Below, one piece after another: positions 48,358-56,484 of a stretch of 64,000 nucleotides of DNA. Each line of letters starts with the position of its first letter. Positions within the stretch are counted from its first letter, which is position 1. The stretch spans positions 21,211-85,210 of the forward strand of contig CALVEV010000037.1 of the NCBI GenBank assembly GCA_944326685.1. The letters are read 5' to 3'. The notes under the pieces were generated by a model, which was not told the DNA's origin, did not search any database, and saw nothing but the letters and a program-made list of their open reading frames with translations. Both the position numbers and the translations under genes were made by a program. This DNA is from Candidatus Gastranaerophilales bacterium. GTDB lineage: Bacteria; Cyanobacteriota; Vampirovibrionia; Gastranaerophilales; Gastranaerophilaceae.

Positions 48358-49164
48358 ATGTTGAGTAGAAAAATAATACTTCATTTAACTTTGATGTTGA
48401 CAGCTATTGGAATGTTATTTCCTTTTGTTGTAATGGTTTTGATATCATTATCTTCATCAAATGAACTAAGTTTTTCTAGTTTTTCATTTTCAGCAAATAA
48501 CTATTTGCATGTGTTTCAAGCAATACCTATCACAAAATATTTTATAAATAGTGTGATTGTTTCTGTTTTTACAACAATTGGTCAAGTGCTATTTTCTACA
48601 TTGGCAGGGTATGCTTTTGCAAGAATGGATTTTAAGTATAAAAATGTAATATTTTTTACTTTTTTAATAACAATGTTTATTCCTCCTCAAGTAAATATAA
48701 TCCCTTTATTTTTCTTGATGAGAGAATTACATCTTGTTGATACATGTCAAGCATTAATTCTTCCTGGTTTATTCGGTGGGTTTGGTGTATTTATGATGAG
48801 ACAGTATTTTTTAGGATTTTCAAAAGAGTTGGAAGATGCTGCAATAATTGATGGTTGCAATAAATTCCAAATGTTTTTTAAAATCGCAATGCCTCTTGCA
48901 ATGCCTGCAATAGCAACCCTTGCGATATTTACATTTATTACGTCTTGGAATAGTTTTATTTGGCCTTTAATTGTTACTAATAGCGAAAGTATGCGGACTC
49001 TTCCTCTAGGGCTGGCAATTTTTAAAGGGAGCTATCGAGAAATTACTATGTGGGGAGATTTGTTTGCTTGCTCTGTTGTGTGTGCAGTTCCAACAATTTT
49101 GATATTTTTACTCCAAAAGAAATATTTGATAAATGATGTTTTAAAGGGCGCAGTTAAAGAATAA
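48358..49164 (+). CDS. carbohydrate ABC transporter permease (MalG/CUT1-type), orphan
   Basis: 6 TM helices. EAA loop ELEDAAIIDGCNKFQMFFKIAMPL. Confidence 0.82.
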   Translation: MLSRKIILHLTLMLTAIGMLFPFVVMVLISLSSSNELSFSSFSFSANNYLHVFQAIPITKYFINSVIVSVFTTIGQVLFSTLAGYAFARMDFKYKNVIFFTFLITMFIPPQVNIIPLFFLMRELHLVDTCQALILPGLFGGFGVFMMRQYFLGFSKELEDAAIIDGCNKFQMFFKIAMPLAMPAIATLAIFTFITSWNSFIWPLIVTNSESMRTLPLGLAIFKGSYREITMWGDLFACSVVCAVPTILIFLLQKKYLINDVLKGAVKE

Positions 49165-49253
49165 TTTATTTAAGTTTATTTCATATAAATATATGATGTC
49201 CCTTATTTAATATTAGATACAATAATATTGAAGTACTTTTTATAGGTATAGGG

Positions 49254-50078
49254 ATGGAGCAGACTAATAATTTTAGTAGCTATAATAATATCAAAAGACT
49301 TTCAGACGAAGAATTAGTCAAGGTTTGGGAGCAATATCTTGCTGATCGTTCTAATAAAAAACTGAGAGATATTTTGATAGTTCAGTATATTTACCTAACA
49401 CGATATGTAGTAGGTCGTGTAAAAGTTGCTTTACCTCCTACTTTTTCATTTGAAGACATATCAAGTTATGGTGTAGAAGGTTTAATTGATGCTGTCGAAA
49501 AATATACACCACAAAATGGTGCTCGTTTTGAAACTTATGCTTTGGTAAGAATTAGAGGTAATATTATTGATAAGATTCGTTCACAAGATTTCTTGCCAAG
49601 AACAGTAAGGAAGAAAATTAGAGATGTAAAACAAGCACAAGAAGAATTGAAAAAGAAATTTGGTCGTCCTGCAACTAACAAGGAAGTTGGTGAATTATTA
49701 GGATTAGAAACAGAAAAAGTAGATCAAATTTTAGCAGATGATACAACAATAACCTCAATTTATGATAAAAAAGGTTCAGGTGATGATAGTATGGAAATTA
49801 TTGATACTATCCAAGATTCTCATCACTTGACACCACATGAGGCTTATGAAGAAAAGAATGTAAAAGATCAACTAGAAGCTGCGTTAAAACGTTTACCTGA
49901 AAGAGAAAGAATGATAATGGTTCTTTACTATCATGAGAACATGACATTCAAAGAAATTGGAGAAGCTGTTGATATATCTGAATCAAGAGTATGCCAAATC
50001 CACGCTCAAGCGATTATGAAATTGAAAAACTTGCTTAGCGAAAACCGTTCTGAAAGATTGAAAAAGAGTATCATATAG
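49254..50078 (+). CDS. RNA polymerase sigma factor, FliA/WhiG/SigF (group 3) family
   Basis: Region 2 (FETYALVRIRGNIID.IR) and region 4 HTH (FKEIGEAVDISESRVCQIHAQAIMKL). 274 aa. Confidence 0.78.
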   Translation: MEQTNNFSSYNNIKRLSDEELVKVWEQYLADRSNKKLRDILIVQYIYLTRYVVGRVKVALPPTFSFEDISSYGVEGLIDAVEKYTPQNGARFETYALVRIRGNIIDKIRSQDFLPRTVRKKIRDVKQAQEELKKKFGRPATNKEVGELLGLETEKVDQILADDTTITSIYDKKGSGDDSMEIIDTIQDSHHLTPHEAYEEKNVKDQLEAALKRLPERERMIMVLYYHENMTFKEIGEAVDISESRVCQIHAQAIMKLKNLLSENRSERLKKSII

Positions 50079-50089
50079 AGGAATTAAAA

Positions 50090-50311
50090 CTACGATTGAA
50101 GAATTGTAATTAAAAGGGATAAAAGTCCTGCAGTTTTTAAAATAGCTCTAAGTAAACCAGTTTTAATTTCTTTATTTCCGTGTACAGGTACTACAATTTT
50201 AGCATCTTCTCCATGTTTTGTAAAAATATGGTGCGAACCACTAACTCTTGTTAATATCCATCCGTTTTCTATAAGTATTTTACATAATTTTTTGCCAGTA
50301 ATATTTTTCAT
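50090..50311 (-). CDS. hicA: HicA-family mRNA interferase toxin
   Basis: GKKLCKILIENGW...VSGSHHIF........VVPVHGNKEIKTGLLRAILKTAGL fits the HicA/YcfA consensus. Confidence 0.8.
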   Translation of the reverse strand: MKNITGKKLCKILIENGWILTRVSGSHHIFTKHGEDAKIVVPVHGNKEIKTGLLRAILKTAGLLSLLITILQS

Positions 50312-50496
50312 AATGCAATGGATAAAATTTCACCATCAGTATTATCAATTTCAACACTTAACCATTCTGTAATTGCTTCTTTAATATTTTCTTGAATTTC
50401 TTCTATTGTATCGCCTTGAGTGAAACAACCTTTTAGAGCTGGGACTTCAGCCCAGTAACCATTATTTTCTTTATGAACAACAACATCAAATTTCAT
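50308..50496 (-). CDS. hicB: HicB-family antitoxin, short form without DNA-binding domain
   Basis: NNGYWAEVPALKGCFTQGDTIEEIQENIKEAI fits the HicB N-terminal (UPF0150) domain. 4-nt overlap with hicA. Confidence 0.75.
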   Translation of the reverse strand: MKFDVVVHKENNGYWAEVPALKGCFTQGDTIEEIQENIKEAITEWLSVEIDNTDGEILSIAL

Positions 50497-50567
50497 AATG
50501 CTAAAATCCTTTTCTTTTATTATAACTTGTTTTATCTATTTTTCAATATTAATAGCTTAATTGTTCG

Positions 50568-50579
50568 TGTTCTAGAACA
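50568..50579. promoter_or_regulatory. perfect 12-bp palindrome TGTTCTAGAACA in the hicB/XRE divergent intergenic region
   Basis: Read directly. Preceded by a third TGTTC copy at 50562-50566. Confidence 0.5.
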
Positions 50580-50607
50580 ACTAAAATTCTTTATGTGCCA
50601 CTATTTA

Positions 50608-50619
50608 ATTGTTAACAAT
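50608..50619. promoter_or_regulatory. perfect 12-bp palindrome ATTGTTAACAAT, 3 nt upstream of the XRE gene SD
   Basis: Read directly. AGGAG SD at 50623-50627, ATG at 50634. Confidence 0.5.
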
Positions 50620-50633
50620 ATTAGGAGAAATAA

Positions 50634-50846
50634 ATGAATATCAATAAAGAAATTGGCAAGAGAATTAAAAAGCAAAGAGAAAACCTTAAAATTTCACAAG
50701 AAGAACTTGCACATCTCATTAATAAACAAATTATTACTATAAAACGTATTGAAAATGGTGAGTATAAAAGATTAACATTATTGTTATTAGCTTCAATTAT
50801 TAATGCTTTAAATTCTGATATCTATGAATTTATAAAAGGATTATAA
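50634..50846 (+). CDS. XRE-family helix-turn-helix transcriptional regulator
   Basis: IGKRIKKQRENLKISQEELAHLIN......I.RIENG is the classic Cro/C1 HTH pattern. 70 aa. Confidence 0.8.
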   Translation: MNINKEIGKRIKKQRENLKISQEELAHLINKQIITIKRIENGEYKRLTLLLLASIINALNSDIYEFIKGL

Positions 50847-50847
50847 A

Positions 50848-50880
50848 CAAAAAGCGAGGGATTTAATTCCTCGCTTTTTG
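50848..50880. terminator. bidirectional terminator between the XRE gene and the hydrogenase-like gene
   Basis: Perfect 12-bp stem CAAAAAGCGAGG / CCTCGCTTTTTG. Confidence 0.7.
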
Positions 50881-50918
50881 TTTGGTATTTCTACCGACTG
50901 TCAACCTCTGTGTTTTGA

Positions 50919-52379
50919 TTAGTCGTTGCGTTTTAGGTCTTCACTTTCGTCAAGTAATGTTTTTAATTGTTTTCTTGCAACACGTGGAATATTGATTGTT
51001 GCGTTTCCACCAATACATCCACCTTCACAACACATTACTTCGATTAAGTTACAACCTGGGCAACTCTTATCTTTTGTGAATTTCTTAAGTTCTTTTACTG
51101 TGTCTTTTGTTAGACCACTTATTATATAAGGTTTTACTTCTTCAGGATTTTTTGCAACTGATTTAACTGCTTCTGCTACTCCTGTTGTGTTTCCGAAGTT
51201 TCTACCTTGTTTTGAACTTTCTACTTCAAATTTGCTTTCTTCACATTCAGCAATTTCTATTCTTTTTGCAATAAATAATGCTCCTAATTCTTCATATGTC
51301 ATTACATAGTCAACATTAGGATTTTCCATTGACTCTTTGCGTTTTGCAACGCAAGGGCTGATGAATACTGTTATTGCATCAGGATATTTTGCTTTTACTA
51401 ATTCTGCTGTGTAGTAAAGAGGTGTTTCTGTTGTTGATTCAAACTCTTTTAATTCTGGTAAGTGTTTCTTAATGAATTGGTTATAACCAGCACAGCAAGA
51501 TGTTGTCATAAATGGAGCGCCTTCTTCCATTCTTTCTTCAAATTCTTTTGCTTCATTTAATGTTGTTATGTCTGCACCTTGTGCTACTTCATAAACTCTA
51601 TCAAATCCGGCTTTTTCCATTGCTGTTTTTAATTGATAAATTGTACCTGGAAGTTGTCCAACAATAGATGGTGCGAACATTGCGATAACTTCTTTTTTCT
51701 CATCTTTCATATGTTTTAATATATCAATGATTTGGCTCTTTTCGTTAACTGCTCCAAAAGGACATGCTGCAACACATTTACCACAAGAAATACATTGTTC
51801 GTAATCTATTCTTGTAATTCCATTTGAATCTTTTTGGATTGCTCCAACCGGACAGGCATCTTCACAAGGTACTGCAAGTTTTACGATTGCATTATATGGA
51901 CATGCATTCATACACATTTTACAGTTTTTACATTTGCTACCATCGATTTTTGATTTACCGTTAACCATTTCGATTGCACCAAATTTACAAGCTGATTGGC
52001 AAGGACGTGCAACACAGCCTTGGCATAAGTCTGTTACGTATATTCTACTTGGTACACAACCTGCGCAAGCTGCATCTAAAACTGTTAATGGATGCTCGTC
52101 TGGTTTTTCTCTTTCTAATGCTTCTTTTGCGTAATCTGATAATAATTTTGTTTCATCATCTTCCTCTAAAGAAAATCCTAAACCTGCTTTTACTCTTTCT
52201 TTTAAGATTGCACGTTCTTTGTAGATACAACATCTGTAAGGAACTTCTGCTCCTTTTGGACGCATATCATAAGGTATTAGTCTTGTATTTTCTTCGTAAT
52301 TGTCTGATAAAAATGCTTCTATAATTCTAGCTAGAATTTCTTTCTTTAAGTGTATTGATTGACTGTTATTATTACTCAT
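50919..52379 (-). CDS. [FeFe]-hydrogenase-like protein with N-terminal 4x Cys-cluster ferredoxin modules (HfsD/group-B-like)
   Basis: Multiple CxxCxxCxxxCP boxes. H-cluster-like motifs TTSCCAGY, ISPCVAKRKE and EVMCCEGGCIGG. Confidence 0.8.
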   Translation of the reverse strand: MSNNNSQSIHLKKEILARIIEAFLSDNYEENTRLIPYDMRPKGAEVPYRCCIYKERAILKERVKAGLGFSLEEDDETKLLSDYAKEALEREKPDEHPLTVLDAACAGCVPSRIYVTDLCQGCVARPCQSACKFGAIEMVNGKSKIDGSKCKNCKMCMNACPYNAIVKLAVPCEDACPVGAIQKDSNGITRIDYEQCISCGKCVAACPFGAVNEKSQIIDILKHMKDEKKEVIAMFAPSIVGQLPGTIYQLKTAMEKAGFDRVYEVAQGADITTLNEAKEFEERMEEGAPFMTTSCCAGYNQFIKKHLPELKEFESTTETPLYYTAELVKAKYPDAITVFISPCVAKRKESMENPNVDYVMTYEELGALFIAKRIEIAECEESKFEVESSKQGRNFGNTTGVAEAVKSVAKNPEEVKPYIISGLTKDTVKELKKFTKDKSCPGCNLIEVMCCEGGCIGGNATINIPRVARKQLKTLLDESEDLKRND

Positions 52380-52635
52380 TTTCTTTCAACTTCCTATCTA
52401 TTTCTTGTAAAACCTTATCAATTGTCGCTTCTTGAATTACAGTATCGTCTACTGTAACATATGGTGCTTTTGAGTATTCTGAATTATTTGTACAGTGATT
52501 TAGACAAGTACTACCAGATACTTCAACATCATCTCCATATCTGTTTTTTACAATGTCAACTAAATCTTGTAATTGAGAAGAGCCCATTACGAAGCAAGTT
52601 GTTCCCATACAAATTTTTACATTTACTTTCGCCAT
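52372..52635 (-). CDS. thioredoxin-like [2Fe-2S] ferredoxin
   Basis: CMGTTC...CLNHC pattern. 87 aa. 8-nt overlap with the downstream hydrogenase-like gene. Confidence 0.7.
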   Translation of the reverse strand: MAKVNVKICMGTTCFVMGSSQLQDLVDIVKNRYGDDVEVSGSTCLNHCTNNSEYSKAPYVTVDDTVIQEATIDKVLQEIDRKLKENE

Positions 52636-52657
52636 TTCTTTTTTTCCTTATTATTAA

Positions 52658-53818
52658 CTACATATACTGTATTGTTACTTTTTTTACGTATTTGTCTTCC
52701 AATACTTTTGCTATCTTTTTGATAATATTTTTTCTAATTTCAATTTCTATTGGAAGATTTGGATCATAATGTGCCTGATTTAATTTTGCACCAACCATGA
52801 AGATAATACAATCACTATTTAATAAAAATTTTACTAAATCTCCTGCGGCATCATCTCGCATTTCATTTTCATCTTCTAAATATTCATAAGTTTTAGTTAG
52901 TGTAAGTATCCCTTCTGTTACTAAATCTACCCCTTCCATATATGAAATAGATGGAAGTTTTCCGATATTTTTACAAACAGGTGTATCTATTGGTATATTT
53001 AATTCTCTTGAAATTAAATTTGCGGTTGTTCCTCCACTAATTGCTTTTTTCCCTTCAAAATTTTTGAATACGTTCGCATAATAATTATCTTTTTCCATAT
53101 GATACGGAGGTCCTGTAAATACCATTGATTTTCTTGGCTTTCTGCAATGTACACAAACTGCAGAAACATCATCTTTTGCGCATCTATCAGGTTCTAATGA
53201 GCATGCAAAATCAACAATATACTTTGATAAATCTCTGCTTGTTATGTATCTATCTTCTTTTAATTTGTGTAAAACTGCTTCAATAAGACCTTTACGTCTT
53301 AATCCTAACTTAAATTTATCTGTTCCTAAGCCAGATTGTGTTACTCCATCTGAACAGAATATCAGTCTATCGCCTTCTTTAAGTTGTATTTTATATACGT
53401 GCATTTTTCTATTTTTAAATGTTTCAGAAGTTATTATTTCGCATTCCGGTTCAAGTACTTCATTATCTCTAATCCACAAAAATTGTGGGTTTCCTTCTTC
53501 TACAATTTTGGTAATACCTTCTGAATTACAATTCATAACAGAAAATGTTGAATAGCTTATTTTTCTGATTTGACATACAGGTAGTGAGTTCATCATAATC
53601 TCACAGGCTTTTCTAACATCAGAATCGGCTTCAATGAATTTTAAAAGCATTGTTGCTGTCATACTAGCTAAAATATTTGCTTTTATTCCACTACCTAAAC
53701 CATCTGATAAAACAGCTAGTAGCCTATCAGTTTCAGGATCTCTTTTGGACACAAAATAATCTCCAAATGTATTTTGGTTGTATTTTTTTTCTTGTGTACA
53801 ATAGATATCTATAAACAT
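52658..53818 (-). CDS. PP2C/SpoIIE-family serine phosphatase (HfsC-like)
   Basis: GDYF......LLAVLSDGLGSGIKA...A and LIFCSDGVTQSG metal-binding Asp boxes. Confidence 0.8.
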   Translation of the reverse strand: MFIDIYCTQEKKYNQNTFGDYFVSKRDPETDRLLAVLSDGLGSGIKANILASMTATMLLKFIEADSDVRKACEIMMNSLPVCQIRKISYSTFSVMNCNSEGITKIVEEGNPQFLWIRDNEVLEPECEIITSETFKNRKMHVYKIQLKEGDRLIFCSDGVTQSGLGTDKFKLGLRRKGLIEAVLHKLKEDRYITSRDLSKYIVDFACSLEPDRCAKDDVSAVCVHCRKPRKSMVFTGPPYHMEKDNYYANVFKNFEGKKAISGGTTANLISRELNIPIDTPVCKNIGKLPSISYMEGVDLVTEGILTLTKTYEYLEDENEMRDDAAGDLVKFLLNSDCIIFMVGAKLNQAHYDPNLPIEIEIRKNIIKKIAKVLEDKYVKKVTIQYM

Positions 53819-53821
53819 TAT

Positions 53822-55549
53822 CTATGATCCTTCAGGCTTATTCTCATCTGTTGTATAATCGTCTGCGATTGTACTTAATAAAAGTTCTGTTTCTACCATA
53901 TGTTCACCTAATAAAATGGCTATTTCTTGAACTTTTGCAATATTTTTACTAATAACTTCTTTTGCTCGTTCTGCAATTTTTTCTCTATTTAATTCAGACT
54001 GAGTTACATCTGTAATAATTGCGCCGACAATTTCATTTTCTTCAATAATGAAAACATTGATGTCATAAAGTTTATTTCCACAAATATAATGCTCTTTATG
54101 TATGTCTTTACCTGTCTTAAGCGCAGTTTTTAATAAGTCTGCAAATGGAATAATTCTATCGATATCAGCACCATTTACTCCTTCTGGACGTTCTGAGAAT
54201 ATTTCATACATATCTCCACAGAACATTTTCATAAAAGCATTATTTGATTCTAGTATTTGATTCTTGTTATCAATCATAACCATTGCAGAAGGCATACACC
54301 TAAGCATTGCTGCAGCTTTTCTTAATGCAATTTTTCTCATATAAGAAACACACATTGAAGGTTCTGCCTCTCCTGCTAAAATTGCTTGAGCAAGTTCTCT
54401 ACAAGTTTGGAAACCACAGCCTCCGCAATTTAATTCATCTTCTTCGTTGTGTTTCCCTATTCTTTCCATTGTCTTCATAATCATTTCCAATGGAAATTCT
54501 TGTTTTTCTTTTGTGTCAACTGAGTATTCCATTTTTACAACAGTACTAGGCTCTTGTGGAATATCATCTCGTTTTTCAAAGTTATTTAGAACATTTGATG
54601 TCTTAAGTAATGTAGATTTGCATAAGCTTACTCCAGGACCATTGATACAACCTCCATCACAGCCAAGTGCTTCTACAAATATTTTTTCTTCTAGTTTTTC
54701 AGGTTTTAATCCGTTTAATGCTTTATCTAAACTGTGTAAGGTACAAATATCAACAAGTTGTACATCATCTTCTATACCTGAATATTTTAAAGTTTCATTC
54801 ATTCCACCCAAGATAGGGTATAAAGAACCTTCATTTGCTCTTTTAGGTATGAAATCTTCATCAGGTAAAATTTCTAATTTCGATAAATCGATATATGATT
54901 CTTTTACCCAATAATTTAATTCATCAAAAGTTAGTGCATAGTCAATTAAATCATGGTGTCTGTCTGATTCATTTTTCTTTGCAATACAAGGACCTATGAA
55001 TACAACAGCAATATCATCTCCATATTGTTCCTTTAACATTTTTGCATGTGTTAAAGCTGGTGAGGCTATTGGTGTAATATATTTAGCGAATTCTGGTTTG
55101 TATAATCTTATATAATCAACAACTACAGGACAGGCACTAGATATAAATAAACCCTTATCTGCTTGTTTTAGCATTTTTGCCGCTTCTATTGAAACTTCTT
55201 GTGCTCCTAATGCTGTTTCACTTACACCATAAAAACCTAGTGTTTTTAACAAAGTAATAATTTGAGGTTTTGTGTAATCAAAAATACTAATCCAACTAGG
55301 CGCTAGTGATACAATAACTTTTTTATCTGTTGCTAAAAGTGCTTTTACTTTATCAACATCATATCTGATTCTTTTTGCATTAGATGGACATGCTGTTACA
55401 CAATGTCCACAAGCTATACACCTGTCAGCTATTACAGAAGCACTTCCATCTTTTATTTGAATGGACTTAACATAACATTCTCTTACACATTTATAACAAT
55501 CGTGACACTCATTTTTTAATGTGTAAACAGGTGAAAGCTTATTTCCCAT
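53822..55549 (-). CDS. hydS: putative sensory [FeFe]-hydrogenase with C-terminal PAS domain (HydS/HfsB-like)
   Basis: N-terminal 2x[4Fe-4S]. H-domain with altered motifs ISSACP, GPCIAKKNE and EALGCDGGCINGPG. CGGCGFQTC cluster. PAS-like C-terminus (VMIDNKNQILESNNAF...). Confidence 0.8.
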   Translation of the reverse strand: MGNKLSPVYTLKNECHDCYKCVRECYVKSIQIKDGSASVIADRCIACGHCVTACPSNAKRIRYDVDKVKALLATDKKVIVSLAPSWISIFDYTKPQIITLLKTLGFYGVSETALGAQEVSIEAAKMLKQADKGLFISSACPVVVDYIRLYKPEFAKYITPIASPALTHAKMLKEQYGDDIAVVFIGPCIAKKNESDRHHDLIDYALTFDELNYWVKESYIDLSKLEILPDEDFIPKRANEGSLYPILGGMNETLKYSGIEDDVQLVDICTLHSLDKALNGLKPEKLEEKIFVEALGCDGGCINGPGVSLCKSTLLKTSNVLNNFEKRDDIPQEPSTVVKMEYSVDTKEKQEFPLEMIMKTMERIGKHNEEDELNCGGCGFQTCRELAQAILAGEAEPSMCVSYMRKIALRKAAAMLRCMPSAMVMIDNKNQILESNNAFMKMFCGDMYEIFSERPEGVNGADIDRIIPFADLLKTALKTGKDIHKEHYICGNKLYDINVFIIEENEIVGAIITDVTQSELNREKIAERAKEVISKNIAKVQEIAILLGEHMVETELLLSTIADDYTTDENKPEGS

Positions 55550-55550
55550 G

Positions 55551-55781
55551 CTATAATTCCTCTAATATTTTCTTTAATTCAAGATAATTTATATTACAGT
55601 ATTCTTTTCCGTTAATTATTATAACCGGTCCTTTATCACATTTGTTAGTACATCTTAAACCTATAAGTTCAATATTTGCATCTAACTTATGTTCATTTAT
55701 GTAGTTTTCAAGTGTTTCGATGTTTTCATCATTTCCTCTTGCAAAACAAGAGCTACCCATACAAATTTTTATTTCATTCAT
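55551..55781 (-). CDS. thioredoxin-like [2Fe-2S] ferredoxin (HfsA-like)
   Basis: CMGSSC...CTNKC pattern. 76 aa. Paralog of 52372..52635. Confidence 0.7.
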   Translation of the reverse strand: MNEIKICMGSSCFARGNDENIETLENYINEHKLDANIELIGLRCTNKCDKGPVIIINGKEYCNINYLELKKILEEL

Positions 55782-55787
55782 AATATT

Positions 55788-56417
55788 TTAGCTTTCAATT
55801 TCAGTATCGTCAATAGTCAATTGTAAGAAATGTCCTATAAGATTTTCATTCCATACATGTATATCTCTTGGAACATCCAAAATGCATTGTGTAAAGTTCC
55901 ATATATATTTTATACCAGAATCAATTAAAAAGTCAGCAACTTTTTGTGCTTGATTATGTGGAACTGTAAGTATTGCTATTTTTACTCCCAATCTCTCTGC
56001 TAAATCTGGGAGTTTACTAATATGGAATATTTGTTTTTCATCAATACTTATTCCTGTTTTTAAATCATTACTATCGAACAATGCAAGAATATTAAATCCA
56101 TAATAATCAAAATTATCGTTTTTAGCTAGTGCTAAACCTAAATTACCAGCACCAACAATAAATACGTCTTTGTTCTTGCTAAATGTTAGTCTGTTCTCTA
56201 TTACTTCTTTTAGTTCTTTTACAGAATAACCAACTTTACATTTCCCTTTGTACTCTAGAAGTTTAATGTCTTTCCTAATCTGTGAATCATCGACATTAAG
56301 TAGTTGTGACAATTTCATACTTGAAACATGCTCAATTCCTTGTTCTATAAAATCAACTAAAACACAATGATATAGGGTTAATCTGCTAATTACTTTATTT
56401 GAAAATCTATCAATCAT
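55788..56417 (-). CDS. rex: redox-sensing transcriptional repressor Rex
   Basis: ISRLTLY wHTH start, SS..LS.LL.VD.SQIRKD, GY.V..L, Rossmann VFIVGAGNLGLALA. Confidence 0.88.
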   Translation of the reverse strand: MIDRFSNKVISRLTLYHCVLVDFIEQGIEHVSSMKLSQLLNVDDSQIRKDIKLLEYKGKCKVGYSVKELKEVIENRLTFSKNKDVFIVGAGNLGLALAKNDNFDYYGFNILALFDSNDLKTGISIDEKQIFHISKLPDLAERLGVKIAILTVPHNQAQKVADFLIDSGIKYIWNFTQCILDVPRDIHVWNENLIGHFLQLTIDDTEIES

Positions 56418-56439
56418 TTTTTATTACTTCTCTTTTATT

Positions 56440-56473
56440 AAAAAAGAGCAAGGAATATTAATATTCCTTGCTC
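56440..56473 (-). terminator. rho-independent terminator immediately after adhE
   Basis: 13-bp perfect inverted repeat GAGCAAGGAATAT (56446-56458) / ATATTCCTTGCTC (56461-56473). On the minus strand it is followed by U6 (56445-56440). Confidence 0.7.
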
Positions 56474-56484
56474 ATATTGTTTAA

